Shown here one piece after another: positions 6,835 to 18,400 of a DNA stretch of 32,772 nucleotides. The notes beneath the pieces were generated by a model, which was not told where the DNA came from, did not search any database, and saw nothing but the letters and a program-made list of their open reading frames with translations. Source of the stretch: a virus. Taxonomy: Duplodnaviria; Caudoviricetes. The stretch is taken from IMG/VR virus record IMGVR_UViG_3300033067_001448, positions 1 to 32,772 of that record. The stretch is one strand, 5' to 3'. The position numbers were made by a program, and so were the translations under genes. Within the stretch, counting starts at the first letter, position 1. Every line of letters begins with the position of its first letter.

Positions 6835-8560
6835 TACAGCACCCAGGTGCCGGGGCTACCGGCCACGGTGCACACCGTGCCGTTCTTGCCGGCGGCAAAC
6901 GTCAGGTGCTCGATCCGATCGCCCACCACCCAGGTGCCCGCCGTCGGTGTGGTGTCGGTCGAGAGCACCGTGCGCTGCGCGACGAAGTGCCCGCGCTCGA
7001 CGCCGTCGGCACCCCACACGCGGTTGACCGGCAGGATGTCACAGCCCGAGAGCTTGGTCGTGATCGCGGCCGCCGCGCTGTTGTTGCGGAAGAGGCGAAT
7101 GAACCCGTAGTCGGTCGAGGTCATCAGGCTGTAGCCCACCCCGCCCGTCTTCACGCTGAACACGTGGCAGTTCTCGATGACCGGGGCCGTGGGCCGCGTG
7201 ACCGTCGAGAGCAGCAGGCCGTTGGTCTGGGTCGTCTCACTGGCCGCCGTGCGGTGGCCGAACAGAACCCCGTCCACGCGCGTGCGCAGGCAGTTCTGCA
7301 GGCACACCCCTGCCGGCCCACTGAAACCACCGTCCTGGCCGTTCTGGAAGCAGTGCGTGCCCGGCAGGATGACAACGTCCTCCGGCGGCGTGACGCCGTG
7401 GTGGATGTAGATGCCGTGGCCGCGGTTGCCCCAGAAGCGCCCGTGGATCTGGGCGCCGTAGGTCTTCTCGTCGACCAGGCACCCGTGCGCGTAGCCGCTC
7501 ACGTCGATGTCGGTGAAGCGGCCGCCGCGGATCTGGCGCACATCGAGGCCTGCCACCGCGCTCGCGCCGCCCGAGCCCTTGCCGGTGCAGCGTCGGATGC
7601 GCAGGTCCGTCTCGTGCAGCGGGTCGATCAGCGGCGTGTAGCCGCCCGCGTCGCCGACGTTGTCGGCGTAGCTGTCCACGCTCACCAGCCAGCCGTTGTT
7701 GGTGTTCTCGACCGCGACGCCGTCGATCACGATGCCCTTGCAGCGCAGCGGCTTGATGGCAGCCGGCGCAAACTCGAACCCGCAGTCGCCCGCGGTCACC
7801 TTGATCGCGCCGTAGGTCACCGACTGGATGCGCACGTTCTCGACCCGCACGTTGTAGACGCCCGAGAGGCGCACGCCGAAGCTGCCGACGTCGATGCCGC
7901 CCTTGGCCCGGGTCAGCGCGCCGCCGCGGATGTTGCGGATGACGATGTTGTGCGGGTGCGTGGTGTAGGCCGTGCCCGCGTTGAACGCGGTGCGGCTCGC
8001 CGGGATGTCGCCACTGTTGACCGCGCCCACCGTGCCCCAGTCGAGGTGCACGCAGCCGGTGACGGTGGCGCTGTCGGGTACGTTGATGTTCTCGATCAGG
8101 CCGTTGTTCGCGCCACCGATGACCTGGATCGCCACCTTGCCGTCGCGGCTCGTGGAGAGCGTGAGGTCGCGCGCCGACCAGCCGGTGACGCCCTCGTCGG
8201 GGCTGATGCTGGCCGTGGTCGGGCTCTCGCCGTACAGCGCACCGATCAGCAGCGGCGCGTGGATGCCGGCCTGGCTGCCAGGCGAGCCGCCCGAGACCAC
8301 GTTGATCGTGCCGTTGCGCACGTGCGCGCGGTTGCGCAGGCGCACGCCGAAGTCGCTGGCGCCGGTCAGGTTGAAGGTCAGCGTGGCGCCGCCCAGGTCC
8401 AGTGTGACGTCGTCCTTGACGATCACGCCCGCGGTCAGCGTCAGGTCAGTGCCGCCGAGCCAGACCGTGCCCCGCCGTTGGCGTTGGCGACGTCGATCAG
8501 GGTCTGCAGGTTCTCGGTCGGCGAGACGCCGATCATGTGGGGCGCAATACGGCTGGTCAC
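6831..8560 (-). CDS. Second tailspike/depolymerase (beta-helix), interrupted by a 1-nt frameshift near 8470
   Basis: AAGGGAG+GTG at 8560 gives ...LQTLIDVANANGG, which continues as GTVWLGG...VIVKDDVTLDLGG only after a frame change. The rest is a 531-aa G/N/V/I-rich repetitive beta-strand sequence ending P.AGTWVVGD...C..AGSPGTW. Confidence 0.75.
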
Positions 8561-8570
8561 AATCTCCCTT

Positions 8571-8960
8571 TCAGCGGGCCACGCCCTTGATCTTCTCGGT
8601 GGTTCGCAGCGCACCCAGGCCCAGCATGCCCATCAGCACGGGCAGCATCTCGGTGAGATCCGCCGGCGACAGGGTGAGCGCCGGGCCGCCCAGCACCAGG
8701 AGCAGCGCCTTCACGACCGGCAGCCCGATCCAGTTCCACGCGCACGCGGCGCCGCAGACCCAGCCGATGAACGGCCGCCAGCCTGCGACGAACACGCTCG
8801 AGCTCGCGGCCTCGGCCTGGTTGACCGCGAGCTGACCCTGCACGACGACCAGCGCCGCCTGCAGCTCGGCCTTCTCCTGCTCGCTCTTGTTGGGCCAGAT
8901 GCGGTCGATGGCCTTGCCGGCCAGGTCCGCTACGGCGCCGAGTCCAGTCAAGTCGCTCAT
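8571..8960 (-). CDS. 3TM holin (GTA-holin-like), 129 aa
   Basis: NQAEAASSSVFVAGWRPFIGWVCG...GMLGLGALRTTEKIKGV; ATGA-coupled to the endolysin. Confidence 0.88.
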   Translation of the reverse strand: MSDLTGLGAVADLAGKAIDRIWPNKSEQEKAELQAALVVVQGQLAVNQAEAASSSVFVAGWRPFIGWVCGAACAWNWIGLPVVKALLLVLGGPALTLSPADLTEMLPVLMGMLGLGALRTTEKIKGVAR

Positions 8961-9427
8961 GCGGTCCTCGTCAGGTTGGCGGCGATGCGCTTGGCCCAGC
9001 CGCGGCCAAAGCTCGGCCAGGTCGGCAGGTCCGCCATGTAGGCCAGGCGCGCGCCGTTGATGCGGGCGTGCAGCACCAGCGGGTTCATGGCCTTCACGGC
9101 CAGGCGCGTCTTCGGGCCGAGCTTGCCGTCGGCCTCGGCGAAGCACGCGCGCTGGATCATCTTGACCGCCGTGCTGACGCCGCTGTTCACGGCCACGTCG
9201 AACACGTCAAAGCGGATCGCCTCGGGCCACTCGTTGCAGCCGGCGGGTTCCCAGTAGTCGCGGGCGTAGATGAGCTTGGCGCGGTCCAGCGTGAGGTTCT
9301 TGATGTCCTCGTTGGGATAGGCGCGCTTGCTGATGCCGTACTTGGTCTCACCGCCCGGGTCTTGGGGGTGGTTGACGTAACCGCCCTCGTGCCCGATGAG
9401 CGCCTCGAACGCTTCGTCGTAGGTCAT
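8957..9427 (-). CDS. Endolysin, glycoside hydrolase family 108 with peptidoglycan-binding C-terminus, 156 aa
   Basis: HEGGYVNHPQDPGGETKYGIS, FDVAVNSG, DGKLGPKT, FGRGWAKR. Confidence 0.93.
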   Translation of the reverse strand: MTYDEAFEALIGHEGGYVNHPQDPGGETKYGISKRAYPNEDIKNLTLDRAKLIYARDYWEPAGCNEWPEAIRFDVFDVAVNSGVSTAVKMIQRACFAEADGKLGPKTRLAVKAMNPLVLHARINGARLAYMADLPTWPSFGRGWAKRIAANLTRTA

Positions 9428-9636
9428 TTGCCGAGCACCTTGAAGTGGTCGATCACCCAGGCGAGGATCGCGCCCGCGAACACCAGGCCGCTGTTGAACA
9501 TCCACAGCCCACCCTTCCCCTGGTTCGCCATCTCGAGCAGCGTGTCGACCTTGGTGCCGATGGTTGCCACCTGAACTTTGAGGGCGTTGACTTCGCCGCG
9601 CAGTTCGCCGAATTCGACGGGGTCGATGTTGCTCAT
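9424..9636 (-). CDS. Small coiled-coil + single-TM protein (holin/antiholin-like); start uncertain (9636 or 9687)
   Basis: FGELRGEVNALK...LLEMANQGKGGLW followed by a hydrophobic segment; ATGA overlap with the endolysin. Confidence 0.7.
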   Translation of the reverse strand: MSNIDPVEFGELRGEVNALKVQVATIGTKVDTLLEMANQGKGGLWMFNSGLVFAGAILAWVIDHFKVLGK

Positions 9637-9695
9637 GTCGATTTGATCCAGTTGAAGAGCGAGCTGCTCGAGTACGTCACGGGGCATCAGGTCGT

Positions 9696-12413
9696 TTAAT
9701 TGCCGGCGGTGATCAGCCAATTCGTGCCGTCCGATTCCAGGTCGACCCACTTGCCCGCAGTGGCCGGCAGGATCGAGTTGGACGCGGCACCGCCCGTGAG
9801 CGAAACGATGTTGCTCTGCGAGGAAAGGATGGCAAAGGCCTGGCGAGTGGAGACCCGGATGCGTCGACCGGGGTACAGGGACGGGGTCGGCAGCACCACC
9901 GTGGTCGTCGCCGCGCGGTTGATCACCACTGCCACGTCGGCGGTGGTCACGTTGTAGTTATCGACCGTCTGCACAGTCGGGGCGCTCTTGATGGCCGAAG
10001 CGTTGAAGCGCGCATTCACGCCAAGCGCCGAAGAGGGGAACGCGCCCGGGATGTAGGTCTGGATGGCCTGGGCGCTGCCGGCGCCTGCGTTGATGAACCC
10101 CCAGGTGGTTCCCGAAACAAAGTTGAGGAACTCAAACCAGTCGTTGATCGAGTTGATCCTCACGCCCGGGTGGTCGTAGTACAGGTACGCCATGTAATGC
10201 GTGCCTTGGCTGTTGAACTGGCACACGTTCCCAAGGTAGATGTCGGAACCAAGCTCCGTGATGCAGTTGCGGAGGTTGATGTCGAACGATCGAGTGTTGG
10301 CTCCGGCGTAGGTCAGGAAATGCGCGCATTCCTCCACCTGGCAGTTGTCGATCGTCACATTGTCGATCGGGTTGCCCGTCTCGATCGGTGCGATCTTGAT
10401 GAACTCGGAGCTTGCAAGCGACGCACCGTAGGCAAAGCAAGTGTCCAGCTTCAAGAACCCACAGCGCACCAGGTGAACGCCGGAGCTATTGGCGGCCAGG
10501 ATGAACACACATTGGTCGATCTTCCAGGCGTCGGCGTTGTCGGTGTAGAAAAGAATGCCGTAGGTGCAGTAGACGAAATGGCAGTTCCGCACCGTGCCTG
10601 GGTTCACGCCCCAGTTGGTCGAGCTCGCCGCGTAGGAGTCGTTGACGTCGATGCCGCGCTCGAGGTTGTAGAAGTAGCAGTTGTCGATGACCGGGGCGTA
10701 GACGAACTGCGGGGCGCGCCCGTTGAACAGAATGCCCCTTCGCCCGGTGCCGATTGGCGAGGTGCCCGAGGTGGAGGCTGCTGCGCCGTGGGAGAGGTTG
10801 CGGATCGTGACGCGATCGGCGCGCACGGGGATCACCCAGATGGAGGTGCTGTTTGCACTCGTCCAAACGTGCGAAGGCACGGCCGTCTCGTTGGGCGACG
10901 GCGAACCGTTGGAGATGTTGACAACGCCATCACCCTCGACCGTCATGCCGCCGTGCAGCACGGTGGAGTCGGACACCTTGTAGTTGCCCGCCGGGATGCT
11001 GACCGTGCCGCCCCAGGCCTGCGAGTAAACCGCGTGCCGGAAGAAGCTGGTGTTGTCGGTCGTGCCCGAATCGGCCACGGCGCCGAACCATTGCGGATAG
11101 ACGCGGTCGACGGCACCGGGGCCGAAGATGACCGAGGCACCCGTGACCGCAAACGTGGTCGAGGCAATCGTGCCCCAGTCACCGTTCAGCGTGTAGACGC
11201 CAGGTCCGCCTGCGTTCCGCTGCGCGATGGTGACGCCCACAGGCAAACCTCCACCCGTCACCACGTGACCCGAATCCAGCACGGGGTTGGAGACGGCGGT
11301 CACGTTCAGCGTCAGGCCGGTCACGCTTGCGGTGATGGTGGTCGTCAGCAGCGGAGCGTTGAAGCAGCGCTTGAGCTTCGGCGCGGTGAAGTGCCCGTTG
11401 ATGTAGAGCCGCTTGCCGCTCGCCACCGTGATCAGGCCGGCGCCTTCCACGCGCACCGAGATGTTGCTCGGGATCGTGAGGTCAGACGAGATGCTGACCG
11501 GCGAGGTCACCAGCAGTTGCGCAGAGGTCGCGCCGATCGCGGTCACGGCCGTGGCAAGGTTGCCGCCGAAGTCGTCCACGTTCACGACGTCGCGCAGCTT
11601 GGCCTGTGCGCTGCGCGCCACGGCACCCGTGCCCGACTGCAGGAACGTCACGTCCTGCGCGTTGGCCGTGCCGATGGGCAGGGCCGCGGTGTAGCGCACG
11701 CCGATGTTGTTGGTGCCGGTGGGCGGGGCCACGGTGAACGTGAGCGTGGTGCCGCTCACGGTGAAGTTGGTGCCGTTGGCCTGAGGCACGCCACCGACCA
11801 CCACGTCGAGCGCGTTGACGCCGCCGGGGTTCGCGGTCAGGGTGAACTGCGTCGTGGCACCGTTGCCGCTGAAGCGGTCGTAGTAGCTGGTGCCCGCCAC
11901 CACCACGCTGGCGATGTCTTCGGGCGCGAGGTTGACCAGGCTGACGCCGTCGTCACCCCACGCGATCACCTGGCCGGCGACCGGCGGTGGCAGCGTGGCA
12001 TCGCCAGGCAGCGACACCGGCAGCTTGATCGTGCGGGCGTTCTCTTCGGCGAGCTGCTGGATCTGGATGACCGTGCGGTCGAACGCGTCTTCGATCGAAG
12101 ACGGGCTGAACTTGCCGCCGCCCAACAGGTCAAGCGTCTGCTCGTAGGCCAGGCCCGAGGTCAGCGTGAGCGACTCGCCCGAAGCGAGCGCCACGATGGG
12201 GGTCACCGTGCCGCCGGGCGTGGCATCCTGGTCGGGGTTCAGGCTGACGGTGTAGTCCGTCGTCAGCTCGAGCACGGACTCGAGCCCCGTCGCCGTGGTC
12301 TTCGTGACCACCAAGTCGGCGGCCTCGAACACCTTGAACGTGAACGGCAGGGCGGTGATGACGCCCGTCCCCAAGAACGGGCCAGCCCGGCGGGCGGTGG
12401 CGGGTACGGTCAC
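9696..12413 (-). CDS. Tail fibre/tailspike, 905 aa
   Basis: AGGAG+GTG start. N-terminal podovirus tail-attachment region (FTFKVF...DYTV...IEDAFDRTVIQIQQL), QSGTGAVARSAQAKLRDVVNVDDFG, and beta-helix start WFGAVAD..TDNT...GGTVSIPAGNY. Confidence 0.88.
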   Translation of the reverse strand: MTVPATARRAGPFLGTGVITALPFTFKVFEAADLVVTKTTATGLESVLELTTDYTVSLNPDQDATPGGTVTPIVALASGESLTLTSGLAYEQTLDLLGGGKFSPSSIEDAFDRTVIQIQQLAEENARTIKLPVSLPGDATLPPPVAGQVIAWGDDGVSLVNLAPEDIASVVVAGTSYYDRFSGNGATTQFTLTANPGGVNALDVVVGGVPQANGTNFTVSGTTLTFTVAPPTGTNNIGVRYTAALPIGTANAQDVTFLQSGTGAVARSAQAKLRDVVNVDDFGGNLATAVTAIGATSAQLLVTSPVSISSDLTIPSNISVRVEGAGLITVASGKRLYINGHFTAPKLKRCFNAPLLTTTITASVTGLTLNVTAVSNPVLDSGHVVTGGGLPVGVTIAQRNAGGPGVYTLNGDWGTIASTTFAVTGASVIFGPGAVDRVYPQWFGAVADSGTTDNTSFFRHAVYSQAWGGTVSIPAGNYKVSDSTVLHGGMTVEGDGVVNISNGSPSPNETAVPSHVWTSANSTSIWVIPVRADRVTIRNLSHGAAASTSGTSPIGTGRRGILFNGRAPQFVYAPVIDNCYFYNLERGIDVNDSYAASSTNWGVNPGTVRNCHFVYCTYGILFYTDNADAWKIDQCVFILAANSSGVHLVRCGFLKLDTCFAYGASLASSEFIKIAPIETGNPIDNVTIDNCQVEECAHFLTYAGANTRSFDINLRNCITELGSDIYLGNVCQFNSQGTHYMAYLYYDHPGVRINSINDWFEFLNFVSGTTWGFINAGAGSAQAIQTYIPGAFPSSALGVNARFNASAIKSAPTVQTVDNYNVTTADVAVVINRAATTTVVLPTPSLYPGRRIRVSTRQAFAILSSQSNIVSLTGGAASNSILPATAGKWVDLESDGTNWLITAGN

Positions 12414-12434
12414 AGGCGATCTCCTAGCAGTCGC

Positions 12435-12467
12435 GATTGTGGTTCAGGGGTCGCGCGTGACGGATAC
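12435..12467 (-). promoter_or_regulatory. Putative late promoter, copy 1
   Basis: GTATCCGTC-N16-CCACAATC, intergenic, upstream of the tail fibre gene. Confidence 0.8.
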
Positions 12468-12468
12468 C

Positions 12469-15400
12469 TCACCGCACCTTGGACTCGGGGCTGGCCGTGC
12501 CCGTGACGAGGCCACGCGTCAGGTCGACCGGGCCGGTCGGGTTGATCTTCCCGTCGGCCACGCCCGCGGCGTAGCCCACCGGGCGCGCCAAGCCCGACAC
12601 CGGCACGCCGGTCGCCACGCTGACCAGGGTCGCCACGTCGCGCACGGCCTTCTGTGCGCTGCCCTCGCCCGCGATCGCCTTGTAGACCGACTCGGGCGCG
12701 CCGACGGCGGACTCGAGCAGACTGATGGCCGGCGACAGCGATATGCGGTCGTCCATCGGGTTGCCGTTCAGGCGGTTCATGCCGGCCACCGCGAACTGAC
12801 CCACGATCGGGATCTGCGCCAGCAGGCCCTTGGCCGTGCCGAAGCCGAACACGGCCGCGAGCCAGTCGTCGACCAGCTGGCCGTCCTTGTCCTCGTCGTC
12901 GGGCCCACCGCGGAACGCCTGGGCGATCGCCTCGGCCACCCAGATGGGGGCCATCAGACCCATCATCACCACGTAGAACGCCTTGCCCGCGCCCTTCTTC
13001 AGGCCCACCTCGCTGGCGATCTGCTTGAGCGCCGTGCCGTTGGTGTTCGCCATCATGTTGAAGTAGCCCACGAACTGCGTGAACACGCGGGCGTAGGCCG
13101 GGCCGGTCTCGAGGCGGCTGACGTCCTCGGGCAGCGTGCTGCCCTGGGTCTGGCGCACGGTGCCGTCGGCGAACTTGATCGCGTCGGTGTCGCTCATGCC
13201 CTCGGCCAGCGCCTGGTTGTAGGCACCCGTCCACACGATCGGCGAGAGCACGTTGTCGAACGCGGTCTGCAGGAAGTAGGCGTGGCGCATCGACCAGGAC
13301 TGGGTGCGCTGGTACACGCCCGGCTTGATCAGGATGTCCTGGAACTGCTCGTTGAGCACGGCCACCTCGTTGGTTGCGCGGTCGGCCATGTAGGGCGACA
13401 GGTCCCACACGGTCTTGCTGACCTGGATGGGGGCTGCCACGTACTGGGCCAATGCGCGCATCAGATGCGCAGGCTGAATGCGCACGGCGGCTGTGGACAG
13501 GCCGGTGATCTGCTGGATGGTGTTGCTGACGTTGGCAAACATCAGCGCCATGCCGGCGCGCGCACGGATGATGCCCGGGATGCGGGCCCACTTGCCGGCG
13601 CCGATGACTGGCTCCTCGACGACCTGCTGCGCGCTGCGCTGCAGCCACGGTTGCAGCATCGTCTCGATGGCCGCCGGCTGCACGCGGTTCAGTGGCTGGC
13701 CGACCAGCTTGTTGGTGAGCAGCTTGCGCACGCCGCGGGTGGCCGGCGTCATGTGCGCAAACAGCAGCACCTTGTCCAGGTGCTGGCTCAGGGTGCGCAG
13801 GTCCAGCATCAGCGGGCGGTTGTAGCCCTCGACGCGGGACATCGTGAAGCCCTTGGCCGGTTGCGGGAAAGCGAAGGCCATGGAGTTGTTCTCCTCCTCG
13901 GCCAGCTTCTTGAGCTGGTTGTCCTTCACCAGGCGCGAGTCGACCTGCGCCGGCACGTAGCCGCCGCGGCGCGCGACGCCGAACGGGTCCACAAAAGCGT
14001 CGGCCGTGACCTCGCTGAAGTAGCGGCCGAACACGTCGCGGTGCGTCTTCTGCGCCAGGGGCTTGGTGTCCTCGAGCAGGTCCCACACGCCCTGGACGAA
14101 GTCCATGTGTGCGCGCTCGAGCTTGCCCTCGTTGACCAGGCGCTGCACGAACGCGTCCCACTTGCTGGTGTCGAGCTCACCGTTGGGCCCCTCCACCGCC
14201 CAGCCACGGCCGACCAGGAGCTTGCGCTTGTTGCTCTCGTTGCCGGTGTGCAGCAGCGCGTGCAGGATCTCGTTCATGGCGGTGCCCGCCGACGAGCCGG
14301 GCGTGCCGAAGGTGTAGCCGAGCTCTGGCGCGTCGATCACGCTGTCGCCGACGATGGGCGCCAGGTTGTCGACCAGGGCCTGGAAGCGCTTGCGGTAGGC
14401 GGCGCGGTCCTTGCGGTAGCGATCGGCCGCGTCCTTCACCGGCTGGAACACGTAGCGCAGGAAGGGCCCGCCGTACTTGCCGTCCATGCCCTCGGCCCAC
14501 TGCTCGACGCGGCGCAGGAACGCGACGCCCTGCTTCAGGAACAGGCCGCGCTCTTCTTCCTTGGTGACCGCCATGCCCTCGCCGGGCACGCGGTCAGGGA
14601 TGCCGATCTCCTCGAGCCGGTCGGCGATCTCGCCGGCCAGGTCGTCGATGTCCAGCAGGTCGCCGTCGATCTCGAGCTGACGCGAGCGCTTCGCCAGATA
14701 CCACATGCCCTGGATCTGCTCGTGCAGGCCGACCAGCTCGTCGAAGGTCAGCGACAGGATCGGCTGCGCGTTCTCGCTGACCGCGGCCACCATCGGCTCG
14801 ATGGCCGCCCAGGTGTCGGGGTCGTTGCGCTTCACCGCCTCAAGGTACGCGGCCGCGCTCTTGCTGGCCGGCGACTGCAGACCGTAGAGCTGCAGCACCG
14901 CGCGCGCAGCGTTGACGATGTCGGCGTCGCGGCCCTTCTCGACCACGGTCTCGTCGTTGCCCTTCAGCACGCGGGCAAAGAACTCGAGGATCTTCTTGCC
15001 CTCGGCGCGCGCATCCAGCGCAGCCTTGGCGGCGGCGTTGTTCAGCACCTGGTCCTGCTTGGCGCGCACGGCCTCCTCGGTCTTGCCGGCGGCCGTGGCC
15101 TCTTGCCACTTCTTGGCGGCGCGGCGCTCGGCGGCAGTGTGCTGCCAGGCCTTGGCCTTCAGATCTTGCAGCGTCGTCTTGCCGACGACGTTGGCGGCGA
15201 ACTGCTTGGCGGCGGTCATCAGCACGCTGACCGTGACCTTGCTGCCCTTGGCGTTCACCTCGCCGGTGTCCTGTCGGGTGCGCAGCATCTCGGCCTGCGT
15301 GCGCAGCTCGGATGCGAGGCTCCGCGAGCGGGCCTCGTTGTGCACGGCCTCGTTCGCGGCTTCCTTGATCGCGTCCTCGTTCATCAGGTCGCCGTGCTCC

Positions 15401-18400
15401 TCGAGCATGCGTTGCTCGGTGCGCGCGTCGATGTAGTCCTGCTTGCTGCCGAAGGCGGCGATCGACTCCAGCATGTCGTTGACCGACGGGTAGCCGAAGC
15501 TGTCGGCCACGGTCGCCATGTCCTCGTCGTTCATGTTGACCGGGCGCGCGGGCTTCGGGTTGGCGCGGTCCCACTCGATCAGGAACGCGTCGACCTTGTT
15601 GGCGATCTCGCGCTTGTTCTTTGCCAGGAGCTGGCCCTTCTGCAGGCCCTTCGCGTCCGGGTTGGCGTCGTAGAGCTCGGCCACCAGGCGCGCACGCTCG
15701 TCCTTGGCCGCCGTGTCGCGCTCGGTCTTCCAGGTGTCGAGGATGCCCTGGTACTCGGGCGTGATCCGCAGCGCGTCGAGCGCGGCCTTGGCACGCATCT
15801 CAGGCTGCTGGTTGGCCTCGACCGTGACCTCCTCCATGATCGCCTTGCGGATGCTGGCGGCCTTCTTCTGCAGCTCGCGGATGACCTTGTCGCGCGCCTT
15901 CACCGTCCACTTCAGGTCAGCCATGCTGCGCTTGCGCAGGCGCTCCTGCGCCTCGGCGTCGGCCGTCTCGTCGGGCACCATGCCGGCGGCCTCGTTGGCC
16001 TGAGCGATCTGCTCGTCGGTGGCGAGCATGCGGTCCATCACGCGGCGGATGTCGTCGTTGATCTCCGGGCGCTGCTCGGCCGGCAGCCGGGCAAGGAACG
16101 CCTTGATGCTGCCGTAGACCGACTTCAGCCAGGCCGAGAAGCGGCGCATCAGCGGCGCGAGCTCGGCGTTGGGCACCTTGCCCTCCATGACATAGGCCTC
16201 GACGAAGCGGGCCCACTGCTCGTGGTAGTTGCGCTTGTCGTTCAGCGCGAAGCCGCGCCACTGCTCGTCGGTCACGCCGAACTGCTTGAGCACCGTCTGC
16301 CAGTCGGCGACGATCTGCGCCGGGGCATTCGGCTGCGCGGCCACGTCGGCCAGCACCTCGAGGAAGAAGTGCCCCATCTCGTGCCACAGCGTCGAGAGGT
16401 CTGCCTCGGGGTTCAGCACCAGCTCGAGCGTGCTCGGGCTGAAGGTGCCGCGGGGGCCTTGATAGAGCTCGCCCGTCTTCTGCACGTCAGCGCCGTCGAA
16501 GATGACGAAGTTGCGGCTCTTGCTCTTGGCCTGCGCGCCGCGCGAGCCGGCGTCGAGGTAGCGCAAGCCCGGCACGCCGGCGTCGCGCAGGGCCAGGCTG
16601 GCGGCCTTGTCGCTGCCGAGCTTGCGGGACAGGAACTTGTAGGCGCGCTCCCCCGTCAGGTCGGACGGGCGCGACACGATCTTGCCGTTGAGGTTCATCA
16701 CGCGGATGCCGGCCTGTGCGTCTTCCCGCGTGTTGTACGCGGCGAGCACCTGGCCGTCGGGCGACTTGACCTCGAACGTCGTCATCGGCACGCCGAGCTT
16801 TTCGAGCGCAGCCTGCACCTTCTCGGGCTGGTCCTTGAGCTGCGCGTCGTAGTCCAGCAGGTCGCTGTCCTCGGGGACCTCGACGGTGTAGGTCTGGCCC
16901 TTGGGCGCCAAGGCGTCGATCTGCTTCGTCACCTCGTCGAGGCGCTTCTGCTTGCGGTCGATGAGGCGCTGCTGCTTCTTCGGGTCGACGGGGTCCAGCT
17001 CAAAGCCATCGCGCTGCTCGGGGGATACCGAGACGATGCGGCCCTTAGCGTCCTTCTGGACCCACTGCCCGCCCGCCTCAAGAATCCGGCGCTCGCGGTT
17101 GACCTGGTTGGTGAGCGTGCGCTGTTCCTGGAGCAGCGGCTGCGCTTCTTCAGGGAGGTTCGCCCGCGAGAGCGTCTCGCGATAGAACTCGGCGATGCCC
17201 TTCGACTCGGCGAAGTACAGCCCCCAGCCGTAGGCCTGAGCGCCCTCGCCGGTGCCGATCTTCTCGGTGCTGAACTGCTCGATGCCGCGGTGCGGCGTGC
17301 CGTGGTAGGCGGCCTGCTCCAGCACACCGCTGTCGGCGTCCGGTGCGCGCCCTTCGGTCCACGTCCACTCGGGCATCAGCCCGGTCTTCTGGTCGGCGAA
17401 GACCGTGTCCTCGACCTTGGCGGTCTGGTTGGCCTCGCCGTTGGGGCCGTAGTTCAGCCAGCTGTTCTGGCCGCGGGTCTCGCTGGTGATGGCGCCGACG
17501 GCCGGGCCGGTGAACAGGCGCACGTGCGCCTGCCAGGCGTTCTCCTCGCCACGCGCACGGAAGCCCGCGCCCTCGAGGCCGTGGCCGAAGGCGTCGTGCA
17601 CTGCGCGGAACAGGTCGTTGAAGAGCACGCGCTTCTTCGGGCCGTCGGGCGTGCCGTAGCCCCACTCGAGGCCGGTGTCGGCCAGCAGCGGGTTGTCGCT
17701 GACGTCGAGGTCACTCGAGCCGAAGCCCGCCTCGGTGGCGAACACGCCCATGGACTGGTTGGCCCGCAGGTCGCGCATCGCGTTCCACGGGTTACCGGCG
17801 TAGGGGTCGTTGGTCTCGTCGACCAGGTAGAACACGTAGCCGGCGCGCTGCAGCGCCAGGTACTGGGCCAGCGTCTGCCGGGCCAGGTCTTCGTACGCCT
17901 CCTTGACCCGCGGGTCGTTGGGGGCGTGCTGCATCTCCTCGTAGGCCGCAGCGATGCGGCGAGCGCGGTCCTCGTCTACTTGGACGAACGCGCCTTGGCG
18001 CTTGAGGTCGATGCCGGCTTCGAGGGCGTACTGCTCGGCGACAGCGACAAGGCGGGCGTCGGGGCCGGTTGCGCCTTCAACAAGCGGCGCACCTTCAAGC
18101 GGCGCAAGGCTTCCGCTCGAATACCGTCCTGCTCCGTCTCCGGTCGGTTGGGGTCGTCCATCGGTCAGGCCTCCTTGTTCGAGGGTGCCGGCGTTGCGCT
18201 GCTCGCGGAGTCGCTCGAGCCGGCGGGCGGCTTGGAGCTGGAGGCGTCGTTGATCTTCTGGAGCAAGCGCAGTTGCTTCTGCGCCAGCTCCGGCTGCTTG
18301 ACCAGCGTCGCCTGCAGCAGGTCGCTCATCAGATCGGAGGGCGTCGAGTTGGTCGGCATAGCCGGCCTCCTTCAGGATGTCCGCGTATGCGGGGTCGTTG

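Noticed and set aside
6831-12413. BPP-1-type diversity-generating retroelement
   Set aside because: No reverse transcriptase motifs and no template/variable repeat pair differing at adenines were seen.
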